From NCBI RefSeq assembly GCF_009914755.1, contig NC_060930.1: a stretch of 64,000 nucleotides of DNA; one strand, given 5' to 3'. The notes under the pieces were generated by a model. That model was not told the origin of the DNA. It worked only from the letters and a program-made list of their open reading frames with translations, and searched no databases. The DNA comes from the human T2T-CHM13v2.0 reference genome, Homo sapiens. Positions 43,658 through 58,116 of this stretch are shown here, piece after piece (position 1 is the first letter of the stretch; each line of letters starts with the position of its first letter). Both the position numbers and the translations under genes were made by a program.

Positions 43658-44476
43658 CCCTTGCTGCGTTTTGCATGTCATTTCTCACATCACTTCTTCT
43701 CCACTGTGTTTGCAACTCTCTCACTCCTCCATTGTTCTTTAAATGTGGTGTGTCCTGAGGTTTCTGTCTGTAGCTCCCTGCTTTTCACCCTGGAATACTC
43801 ACCAGGGCGAATCATTCTCATCTCTTGCAACTGATGAGTCCCAGATTGTCATATTTCATCCACGCTTGTCTTGCAAGCTTCAAATTCATTTATACAACTA
43901 ACTCTTGGATACCTCAATCAGAGCAAGTTGAACTCATCTTTGTATCCTTGGCCTAAATAACTTCCTATTGCAGTGTCCTCTCATTTGATGGGATCACCAG
44001 CAACCCAGCTACTCATGCAAGCAATATGGAGTCATCCTTCTCTTTCTTGTCTATCATTAATTCTTGGCAGTATATCCTAATTTTTTCTTGGATATGCACT
44101 TCTCTCCATCCCTTTTATTGTCTCTTTCTGTTGGGCCCCACCATCTCTCACCAAGGCTATTATAAAAGTCTCTTAACATCCCCCTTACTTTTTGTATTTT
44201 CTTCCATACATTTTCCATTCCCTCAGGAGAATACTTAAAATATAAAATGGACTTTGTCCTCTCCTTACTTAAAACCCTTCAATTGCTTCCCATCTCTAAA
44301 AAGGTGTAAACTCCTTAATAAGGTGGAAAAGATATTTGATTATTTGTCATTGCCTATCTCCCTAGTCTTCTATTTTGTTCTTCTTGACTTTATATCCCAG
44401 AAATGCTAAACAGATTTAGTGCTCCCTCCCCAAATTCATTCCCTCTGTACTACTAATTGGTAGTACTACCTTTAAA

Positions 44477-44523
44477 ACACACACACACACACACACACAC
44501 AGACACACACACACACACACACA
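44477..44523. repeat. (CA)n microsatellite, interrupted once
   Basis: Seen directly. Confidence 0.95.
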
Positions 44524-44691
44524 GGAGCATGAAGAAAAATGGTGCATAAAAAAAAATCTGGTGGCCTGGGAGAATGTGCCTGTAATTTTTGAAAAGAATT
44601 TCTGTGACACAAGTTTTTATATTTCATAAAGTAGGCTCAATTGGCAAATCCAAATCCATCACCCATTCAACAAATGTTAAACACCTACTAA

Positions 44692-45025
<334 letters not shown>

Positions 45026-48000
45026 TATTTTTTGCTATTTTAATGCATGAAACTTCAGTTATCTGTTTACAAAAATGCCTGGCAGCAATGACCAATATGG
45101 AGTTTTGTGAATTCAAATACAAGATCTATGTAATATAATTTTTACCAAAGGTATTAACCTAAAAAACAACAACATGGGGCAGACAGGAGTATCACTCGTA
45201 TAAAAAATGGTTCAGTGGGTTGGTGAGTCAAACTCTGACCTTTCATGTGTTCAGCCTTCTCTAGGGCAGAGGGAGCCATGGCCATGGGTATGAACAGCAC
45301 CAGTCTATTACCAAGGTCATCCCCAAAGCTCCGGTACATCCTGGCCCATCCAGACATAGATAGTCCTCACTGCATTGCCATGTAGAGTGAGTCAGCTTTG
45401 GCTGAAATTTGAGTTTTTTGTCCGGGTCTGAACCTTGAAGCTGACTGGGGTATCTGGGGTCAGCAGACCTCACCGTGCAGAGCCCTGTCACCAAATGCAC
45501 CTGCCACCTCTTTATCTACAATTTCTTCCTCCTGGCTTCTTGGGACTCTGGACTTCTTCACCAGAGTGAGGCTCCTTCTACCATTAACTCTCATTCAGTC
45601 CATAGTCCTATTGTCCACTCTGGTTTTGTGTATATGGCCTGAGAAACTTGGGTTCATTTTGATAGATGTCTTTTGATTGTGTAAAGTTGATATAACTGAT
45701 AAAAACATTGAGGAAATTTACCCATGCCATGGCAAGATGGAGTTTCCCAACTGGAGACTTCCGTATTGCTACTTTGTAAGTGATATGTATGATGGTCTGT
45801 TTACAAGTACTCTGGAAATCTTGTGCAGTGTGAGTTATTCTGCAGGAATAACGTATTCTGCCATGTGAGATGAATCAGCTCTCTGAGGGTGACAGGCACA
45901 GAGGAAACCATGTATGCTCTGGTGCCTCAGATGAAATGATTCACCTTGCCTGTGTGAGGAGTTTTATTTCCAGGGAGTGGTTTCTTTACCATGGTGCAGG
46001 CATGGATTTTTGTTTTTCCTTTCAAAAAATATCCTTTGACTTTTAAAGCATGCATCTTAGTATTTCCTTTGGCAGAGAGCGAAAGTGTGACAGCATCAGA
46101 GGATAAAACAGGACATTATTTTTGCACTGTTTTGAATTACAGAGGCCATGGTACTTGTTAGAAACGGAGGGAGGGGCAGCCCAAAGCATATTTATGAAGC
46201 ACTTAACATTTACTCAGTGAGATCCATCCCATGGTCTGGAAACTCTGGGAACTAATGTATCCAAAAAAGAGACAATTTTAGCTTTCAAAAGGCTAGTTAA
46301 TTTACTAAATTCAGTCTGTGACCAATTTCTCTTGAGAAGAGTCCAGTGCAGTGGGCCAAATCTCGTGGGCAATACCGGGAGAGCATGAGATTGTGAATTC
46401 AACTGAGAAAGTTGTGTTTGGAAATGGCTCATATCAAACCTGGAAATGAAAAGCTTGGAAGTGTCACATTAAAGTGGACCGAACAACGGGACTAGACATT
46501 CAGAGGCTTGCATCTCAGTTCCACCTCGATCCCTAATGGGTCTACTGACATCAGCAAGCCATCAGTTTCCTTACCTGTAAAAATAGACACAACATTTTCC
46601 AAACGTTGCTGTTGTTGTTGTTTTTTCAAATGAAAGCTTTTACCTAAGTCTAATTTATAAAGTAGCTAAAGACAGAACCATTCTCTTGGAAACTGCAAGC
46701 TGGAGCCAGGGCTGTGGCCAGTGATACTTCATTCTTCTCCTCTCCATAGCCGTCATCTCACCACCATGATGTGCCAAGCAGAGGGCAACGTAAACATTTT
46801 GGAGAGATGGTAGCTGAGGTCTCTGAAGTTCTAATTTTTACACACAGGGAACCCTGTTTTGCTTGATGGGACACCCACAGAAGCGTCAGTATTAAAAGAG
46901 GAATTAGTACCTGAAGATTTTATGTGAAAAAGTAGCATGGGTTATTTTAATGCAACCTCTGAATGATGTTGCAAGAGAGTTCGTAGGACAATTTGAAAAT
47001 GAGCTTTAAGCTCATAATAAACTTTGAAAGCTCTGCCTTTCCTATGGCCATTTTGATGCCCCTCCTTTTTGTAAGCACACAGCAGTTTCTAGTCTGCTCT
47101 GCACTTTTATATGTGTTATCTCACATGTGAGCATCTGAACAACCTCACTGCTTCACGCTGTCCTGACTGAAGGCAGTTTGAGAGGAGCCTTCAGTATCTT
47201 TCAAAGTTTTCTTTCTTATAAAGAAAAGGGAAGAAGGTTACTATCTGAAGAAACGAGACATTCCACTTGCCAGTGTCAACCTTGAACCTGTAGACAAATG
47301 GTCTTGACAAAATGGTCTCTTCACCCTAGCTTGGTCCCATGAATAGAAGGTCTTGCATGTTTATAGAGTGTCCATTTTATGCCCTGGATTTGGGCATCCA
47401 TTCCTTGTGTATTTAAGGATGTTAATGGTTCTAAACCACATCCTCCTGTTTTCTCTTCTTTAATTGCAAGGGCTATGAGGAGAAAAGGGAGATAAGGAGA
47501 GAGACTGACGTGGGGGGAGAAAGTGCCTCTATGACAGAGATAGAGAATGGACCAGCTTAAATCACTATGAAGCCTGTCTAAACAGTTTAGAATTTTGAAA
47601 GAAACTGTGGAAACATTCAGCAGTTATGTACTCACTCTCTGTATCCTCCCCGCAAAAAATGTGGTGGTAATGTTATAAAGACAGGAATCTATTTAAAAAT
47701 GAGAGAAGAGCTGACAATGAAATATGAATGAGAAGTGCAAATTTGAGGGAAATATTACACTGTTAAAAAACCCATAACATGAAGCTTAGGGTGAGGTATT
47801 TATATTTATTACTAGATACAGAAATTTATTTTCTTACCACTCTATTTCCTTAAAAGGAAGTAAATTCAGCCACATGACAACTGGTCCCATTCACGAATGA
47901 CAGTTACTTCATATTTTGATTTCTAACTTTTTTTTTTTACTCCCTAAATTACATTTTTAGTGTTTCTTTTTGTTCTGCTCCTTTGACCTAGCCTGGAAAA

Positions 48001-48196
48001 TCTGAAGAACATTTATTTCTTTTTCTTTTTACTTCAGAAAGCCTGTACAATTTTCTTTTATAAACTTGAAGTATAAAAATAATAATATTTTAAAAACATA
48101 TGGGTAAAGGACATTTTCATTTGCAATAAGACAATATAGTCATAATTAAAATCCATAGTTCAAGGAACTTTAACTTTTATCCTTTTAAAAAAATTA

Positions 48197-48517
<321 letters not shown>

Positions 48518-49591
48518 TCAAGTGGTTTATAATAATTAGAAATTTTCTATCATTTATCATATATAGAAGGACTTGTAAATTTACAGACTGTATATTTTAT
48601 GGCCTAGACTCAGGCATCCAATGTTCATTGACAAGAAATGCAGTTCCTGACAAGGGCATTGCTAGTCTAGAGCTAACAGAGCATGCAGCCAATGTACCCA
48701 ATGTTTGGGGATCTACTCTAGAGGTGTAGAGAGTTGATGCAGCTTCCGAAAGCTGTTTTGTTCTCCATCTATTGCCTGTGTACTGCAATAATCTCTTGCT
48801 CATGTGCTAATGTTAAATGTTTTGTTATTTAATGTGTCCTTTAAAAATTGATAAAAGCAAATCTCACTAAATATTTATATGGCAGCTAATACATATAGCA
48901 CAAAGAAACTTCAGTATTCTATCTGTTCTGGTGTTTTAATCCCAAAGCAATTCAGAGATAAGTTTTGGCAGCTAAGGAAAATCATATACCGATTACAGGA
49001 ACCTGGTATAGTGCAAATGAGCACTAGAAGTCTATTCCTCAACCCTGTGTAACAATATATTGGTGATGTTTTATACAGAATTTAAAATAAAATAGCTTTT
49101 CCAAGATAATTTTTGTGTTATAGCCACAAACTGATCTTTTTTTAAAACAGTATTTCAAGCCAGTTCCTCTTTAAAGTGATCTTTATTTTCCAATATGAAG
49201 TGTTCCATAGCCCAGAGAGCTAACTCTTATTAAATGCTTACTGTGTGTCAGACACTGCTCTTGGCTTGTTATGTATTTTATCTCATTTAATTTTACAATG
49301 GCCTTACGAGGCAGGGATTTTTATTACTGGCATTTAACTAACTTGCTGAAGGTCACACAGATAGAGATGGGTGAGGATAAGATTTGAACCCCGGCAGTCT
49401 GACTTCAGAACCACTATAGTAAGTCATTACATGGTACTTCACAGATTAAGACCAGAGCTAGATAATCTCTTTAGGCATGACACAGAAAAAGATTACACAA
49501 CTATGATTGAAATATTTACTTCATCTCAAACTCTGTTTCCTCCATCTTAAATTATTAAGGCTTAATAATGAAAGGAAACAAATTATGTATA

Positions 49592-49955
49592 TGATATGGT
49601 TTGGCCGTGTCCCCACCCAAATCTCATTTGAATTGTAGCTCTCATAATCCCCATGTGTCATGGGAAGGATGCGGTGGCAGGTAATTGAATCATGGGGATG
49701 GTTTTTTTCCCACGCTGTCCTCATGACAGTGAATAAATCTGACGAGATCTGATGGTTTTATAAAGGGCAGTTCCCCTGCACATGCACTCTTGCCTGCCAC
49801 AATGTAAGACATGCCTTTGCTCCTCCTTTACCTTCTGCCATGATTGTGAGGCCTCCCCAGCCCTGTGGAACTGTGAGTCCATTAAACCTCTTTTTCTTTA
49901 TAAATTACCCAGTCTCAGGTACTTCTTTATAGCAGCATAAAAATGGACTAATACA
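49592..49955 (+). mobile_element. THE1-family (THE1D-like) solo LTR
   Basis: tgatatggtttggccgtgtccccacccaaatctc...gactaataca; TSD gtata/gtatg. Confidence 0.9.
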
Positions 49956-51226
49956 GTATGACTTTCTGTAACAAAGAATCATCATCTGGGAAGCAATATT
50001 GATATCTATAAAAACTACTTAAGCTTTCCAGATTACTACAATGACTATGTTTTTCTGAAACTGGAGTTTTCTAGAGTGGATGGAACTTGTTCGTCACCAA
50101 GGTTACCACTCTAGTACAGCCCTCTTTACCTTCTTTTGGCCACAATGATACAACGTTTTGTCATATCAAAAAAGAAACCTCAATATATGTTGGGAAACTG
50201 TAGAGATAATACACAGAGAGATGACTCCAACATATGGGCCTTTCTCTAGGTTCTGAATTAGTCTGGGGAGACCCAGAAGACCACTGCTGGGCTAGAAGAT
50301 CCACTTGTAAACTGTATGTTAAAAGACCCCAAAATGTATGGTTCAAAGGAAAGTTCCATGAAGTCTAGCATCCCCTTGAGGAATCTCATCTGCATAAATG
50401 TTAGGCACTTTACGAATCCGGAACTCGAGCAGGTTCTCTGAGCTCCCTGGATCATGGATGTTCAGCACTAGATGGCACCTTGGGAATTAGCTTGTCTAAC
50501 TCTTCATCATTTTGCCAATGAGGAAATCAAAGGACAAAGAGATTATGAGTTTGCATGATGTCCCAGAGCCTGCCAGTGATAACACCACAATGGGAAGCAG
50601 GTTCTCTGGCTCTAATTTCAGGATTTTTCAATGAACTGAGTTGGACTTCATTCCAAGCACAGCCACTGACCTTTTAGATAGGTAGTTGTGAGTCAATGAC
50701 TCTTCTCTCTGTCCTTATTGGCAGGAATTCTGGGCAGAGGTTGTTACCCTGACTTACAGTTATCTGGTCATACAGCTGAATGCTCAACACCCTATCAAGT
50801 AGCAGCAGAGAACTAAAAAAAAAAAAAAACACATTCAATACTACATGCAATATTACTAGATGTTATTTTAATGTTCTTGCCTGTAACATTGGAGAATATT
50901 GCTTATTGATAAATACAAATGTAACTAAAATCTTATTTTTACCCATATCTTTAAGAAGCATGGATGGAGAAAAACATGATATAAAACACCTCTTCATTTT
51001 TTTTACCTTATTATCAATTTAAATGTAGATTTTGGGGAAATATTATATATTTTGTTTGTGAAAGTATTTGCATTAAACCAATGATAGTCTTCAATAAGTC
51101 CTACTTGCAAAGAAAGAACAAAAAAAGACATGTTGAGCAGTTTCTACAGTTCTGAGATTTGGCATGCATGTTCACACTAGTGCCTGCCAAGCCTGGGTGT
51201 GGCATCCTACAGGTAACATGACATAC

Positions 51227-51345
51227 CAGGAGCAGCTGCAACAACAGCACCAACAAAAGCAACAGGTGTTGTTGGGCCTCTGGTTTCCAGGCGCTTGAGA
51301 CACGGCAGGTGTTCCTTCATTTTGGGACTGCTGCCTTTTTCGCAT
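51227..51345 (-). CDS. RGS17: RGS17 first coding exon (exon 2; MRKRQQSQNEGTPAVSQAPGNQRPNNTCCFCWCCCCSCS) with the RZ-family cysteine string; the exon begins at 51370 with 25 nt of 5' UTR
   Basis: ORF 51172..51411; ATG 51345-51343; acceptor tttcag| at 51371/51370; donor TG|GTATGT at 51227/51226; 119+90+235+189=633 nt = 210 aa plus stop. Confidence 0.97.
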
Positions 51346-53165
51346 TTCAGCTACTTCAGGACCCAGTTGGCTGAAAGAGATAAAACAAAAAATTGGGTAT
51401 GAAAAAAGCAATAAGGATAAGTTGCGTATGCTGAAGGAAGGCTCATTTCACTAAGGAAGGAGGGAGGTAATTTAAGAAAAGGTAAAATAAGGAAACTTGA
51501 GAGGCCAAACTAAAAATTCTCAGGAAAACTTTTTAGAAGAATATACTAAAAACTTTGGGGAGGAACGTCTACCTTGATCTGCTGCATAAAATTATAGCAA
51601 CAAAGTTGCCACGTAATCAAGATTGTTGGTAAAGTAAATATGATAAGGTTTGAAAATTTATTTTTAACTTCCTTCTTTACTCAAGAATGATTAAATCTGC
51701 CTTTTTTATGGACACCATTCGGTGATTATAGAGGGTGTATGTAACTCGTTTTTCCACTAATGTTTACAGTAAGGTAAATTGAGCTTTATAAATGATTGTT
51801 GCATGGTTTCTAACTATATAAGAGTATGAGGAAGATCAAGTTTATTCTTGGCGCCCTCTCACTTCCTTTGAAACACAATATCCTTTTTGGCACTTTTGAC
51901 TCATCCTCCAGAGGCCTAACCTTAATAACATTACCAAAAGGCCTTATTTTCTGTTAGGTGTCAGTGTTGCAAAGGCATTAGCTTCTCTTCTTCCATCCCC
52001 CAAATTTATCTTTATTTAACGGAGACTTGGGGTAAAATAAAAGTCATCAAATTCAGGGGAATTACTCTGGTGGAATTTATATATCATGGCAGATAAAATA
52101 AATATTGGGATACAGAATGTCCTATCTGTGATCTTACAAATAAGGCCAAATGAGTTGCTACCTATTTATAGGACCAATCCTGATCTAAGACTGTACTGAG
52201 GATTAAAATAAAAAGTTTTGTCTTTGAGTAATATCAAATTTAGCATGAACTCTTAGAAAAAGTAATGCAATCTACTGAATGATGTTTTTCATAAATAGGC
52301 AATGTATGTAAATCATACACATATATTGTCAAATGTGTGGCTGAGAGCAGTACTTATTAAAACTATAAAGTGCTTCAGGTTATTTTGGCATTATGAGCTA
52401 TTATTTTAAAATGATATTTTCAGTTCTGAATACAATGATAAACACTTTAAAAAATACTGCATTCTTGAAAACCAGATAAACATATTTTTCGACCAGAAAC
52501 AGAGCAGAAAACCACAGTTGTAGGTGAATGGGGTCTAAAGCCACAGTAATTCTGCAATTCAGATATTGAAACAGAAGCGGGCAAAGGTCCACACTCCAGT
52601 GAGGTGTTAGATGCTCCCCTAGGAGGAGTGGGAGTCTGATTCCAGGTTGCCTGCAAAAAATCAGGGGCTGTGATTGTGCCCTTCATAAAAAGGTACTGAA
52701 AAAATAATTTCTACTATTCAGTAATGCCTAGCTGCAGAAAGGGTAGGATGCAGAGAAAGCCATCCAGATCAGACTTCAGCCAATCAGCTTATTTGTTCAG
52801 TGACTGGGTCAGGGAATTTTCCAAAATCACTGGCAGATGGCAGGGAATCCTGAGATACTGATAAAAGAGCTGCTTCAAGACTAAGGGTCTTAAGGGATTA
52901 GTGGAAACAAATGAAAAGCATTACATTATGAAGAGTAAGTGACAGTAAGAAATACATCTCTCACTCAATGTGTTACCTGAAAGCAAAAATCCATATTAAC
53001 ACCAGAAAACAGACAACCAACTCAACAATTAGGAGATTAATATATTCCTGATCAAATGCTAATAACAGAATCACCTAAAATTAGTTTAACAAACATATAT
53101 TTAAGATAAACAATGTGATAAATGAAAGAATACAATTTAAATGGGAGAACAATAAATTATAAAAC

Positions 53166-53850
53166 TTATCTGACTTCCCCTTTTCCAATTTGGATGCCTT
53201 TTGGATACGTGCACCTCCATGTTGACTGCAGCACTATTCACAATAGCCAAGATATGGAATCAACCAAGGTGTCCAAAACCAGATTAATGAATAAAGAAAA
53301 TGCGGTATATATACATCATGGAATACTAATTTAGCCATTAAAAATAATGAAACCCTGTCATTCACAGCAACATGGATGGAACTGGAAGATATTATATTAA
53401 GTGAAATAAGCAAGGAACAGAAGTTAAATACCACATATTCTCACTCATATGTAGAAGTTTAAAAAACATTGATTTCATAGAAGTAAAAAGAAGGACATAG
53501 CATACCAGAGGCTGGGAAGGGTAGGAGTAAGGGAGGGAGATGGATACATTTTTTTAAGGGATATAAAATGGCAGCTAGATAGGAGGAATAAGTTATAGTG
53601 TTCCACATCGCTGTAGGATGACTAAAGTTAACAATAATATATAGTTTTAAATAGCTGGAAGGAGGATATTGAAAATTCCCAACACAGAGTAATGATAAAT
53701 GTTTAAGATGATGAATATGGTAATGATCCTTTATTACCATAGAGTGATAAGTGACCTTATCACTCTACATTTTATGTACTGGAACATCATTATGTACCCC
53801 ATGAACATGTACAATTATTATTTGTCAATTAAAAATAAATAATAAAATAA
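53166..53850 (+). mobile_element. 5'-truncated L1MA-type 3' end with a short inverted 5' segment and a 15-bp TSD
   Basis: gcagcactattcacaatagccaagatatggaatcaacc and catggatggaactgga motifs; A-rich tail; AATAAATTATAAAAC at 53151-53165 and 53851-53865. Confidence 0.88.
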
Positions 53851-54812
53851 AATAAATTATAAAACAAAAATTGGCAAATATGAAATAAGAAAAGACATAA
53901 CGGGAATGTAAAAACAAACACAAATAGCTATTAAAAGATTTACACATAATCATTTCTTTCCCAAACAATCCCGAAGATGGTGCCAAGGAATATACTCAGA
54001 ATTCAGCAAAGAGTGAAGAAAAGCTACAACATGAAAAGAGAATTGAGATAAGCAGACCAGTAACATTGAAAGGCCCCAATATATACCCAACAAGATTTTC
54101 TTTATAAGGGGAAAAATAATGGATTGTCAGGAAAGTCATAATATTTTAAGGAAAATTGGCCAAGAACTCCCTAGAACTGGAAGAAAACAAAACAGAACAA
54201 AGCCTCACATAAAGGAGTATACCACATGCTGAGTAGGATGAATAAAAATAAAAATAAATCTACACTTATAAACAAAATAGTAAAAACACATCTAGATGAT
54301 AAAGACAAAAGCTGAATTACCCACACACAAGTAATGCTTTGATTGCCAGTGGACTTTCCATGAGCAATATTAGATGCTGAAGATGGTGGGCAATGGAGTT
54401 ATGTGTTCCAAGTGCTGAGGGATAATAATCATCCTACAATTTTATATGCACCTAAGTAAAAATTCAAGAGTGAAGATTATTTCTGATAAACTCACTGAGT
54501 TGATTACTCAAATATTTGCTGGAACCTACTTCAGTCAGAAGAAAATAAAATTAGAGGGAAGGGGTAGAATATAAGAAACAGAACTGAAATTGGTAAAATA
54601 GGATGCTGAACTTAATGACCTGGCTAAAATAAAAGTCTACGTTTCTCTGTTTAGATACACTCAAGAATTAAATTTAAGACTACATCAATTACGAAAATGG
54701 GTGGGCTGCCCTAACCCTCTAATGAAACAGATTTTGTAGACATCTCAATGTCCCCATATTATTAAGTCCAAGAGTTATTTTGCCATCTCCTTCTGGGCCA
54801 ACAGCATTTTAC

Positions 54813-55170
54813 ACTACAATGGACAGAATTTGCCCTTGCAAAATATATTTGTTGAAGTCCAAACCCCAATTGTGATGGTAATAAAAGCTGGGGCCTTTGG
54901 GAGGTAATTAGCTCATGATAGCTGAGCTCTCATGAATGGGATTAGTGCTCTTATAAGAAGAGGCCAGGGAACTGGATTGCTTTTCCCCACCATGTGAGGA
55001 TACAGAATGACAATCTTCTACAACCAGGAAGCAGGCCCTCACCAGACACCAAATAGGCCACCATCTTGATCTTATACTTCCCAGCCAACAAAACTGTGAA
55101 AAACAAATTTACGTTGTTTTTAAGCTACCCAACTATGATACTTTGTCTACAGTAGTCCAAACTGACTATT
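54813..55170 (+). mobile_element. MLT1A-family solo LTR
   Basis: ggggcctttgggaggtaattag, catgaatgggattagtg and ggccctcaccagacacc motifs. Confidence 0.85.
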
Positions 55171-56310
55171 TTAACTCCACCCTCTTTGAAATACTTTCTT
55201 CTCTTGCCTCCTGGGCACCATACTCACCTGTCTGCTTTCTCATCACTTCTTTGCAGTCTACTTTCTTGTTTCCTTTTCATCTTCCTCGCTTTCAAATTTT
55301 GAATGGCCACAGTGTTCTGTCTTTCTTCTCTATCACTTCTTTGATGAACTCATCGAGACTTTTTTGGGTCTACCAGCTTTCTGCACAAAATCCTCAAATT
55401 TACATGCCCAGTGAAGATAATTTTCCTGAATTCAGGATGCAAATATCCAACTACCTACTCAATATCTTCACTTGGCTTTCTCAAACTTAACATGCTCTAA
55501 TCTGCCCTCATTATCTTTTCCCAAAAACGTGTTCTTCCCACAGTTTCTCCAATTTTACTGAATGAAAAGCCTCATCCTTCTCATTTTTCACACCAAAAAA
55601 TCCTGGACTCATCCTTGATTCCTCTATTTCATCTGGATGTCACATCAGCAGATCAGCAAATGTGAGACTTCTTAACTGGTATCTGCTACCCATCTTCTGT
55701 TTCTACCACCTCCTATCTCCTTCTATTACAATTCCATTTTATTCTATTCTCAAGACAGCAGCCAGGATGAGCCTTTCAAACCTAAGTCAGATAATTTCAG
55801 CAAAGACTCTTCCATTCAAATCCAATCCAAAACTTCCAGTGGCTTACCATCTTATTCAGAGTGAAGTTCTTACAGTCTGCTTTTTTGTTACTCCCCTGAA
55901 TGTATCTCCTTTTCTCTGCCTCTTGTTGTCTGTTTCAATCACAATGGCCTCCTTGCTGCTCCTCAGCCATGCTCGGTACAATTACGTGTCAAGACCTTTG
56001 CACTTGTTTCACACTTAGGGTTTCACTCCTTCAAGTATTTACTGAAATGTTACATTCTCCTTGAAGCCTTCATGACCATCTTATTTAAAAATGAACTCCC
56101 TCACCTCATCCCCAGTATGAGCTGTTACCCTTTCCTGTTTAACTTGTCTCCATATAATGTATCATCACTAGTCATACTACAAGTTTTACCTGTTTGTTTG
56201 TCTAACCAAGGAGCCAATAAATTTCATGAAGGTAGGCACTTTTGTCTGTTTTGTTCATTGTTGTAACAATGCTTGGCACATACTAGGTACACAAATATTT
56301 GTAGAATGGT
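55171..56310 (+). mobile_element. L2 LINE 3' fragment
   Basis: Ends with the L2 terminus ttggcacatactaggtacacaaatatttgtagaat; boundaries approximate. Confidence 0.65.
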
Positions 56311-56419
56311 GAATTTTACAGCATTCCTATTAACGATAAGAAGAAAACAATAAAGTCTATATACCCAACATTCAAAATTATTAATTTTGCAGCCAATGCA
56401 ACAAAATTAGAAAAAATAA

Positions 56420-58116
<1,697 letters not shown>

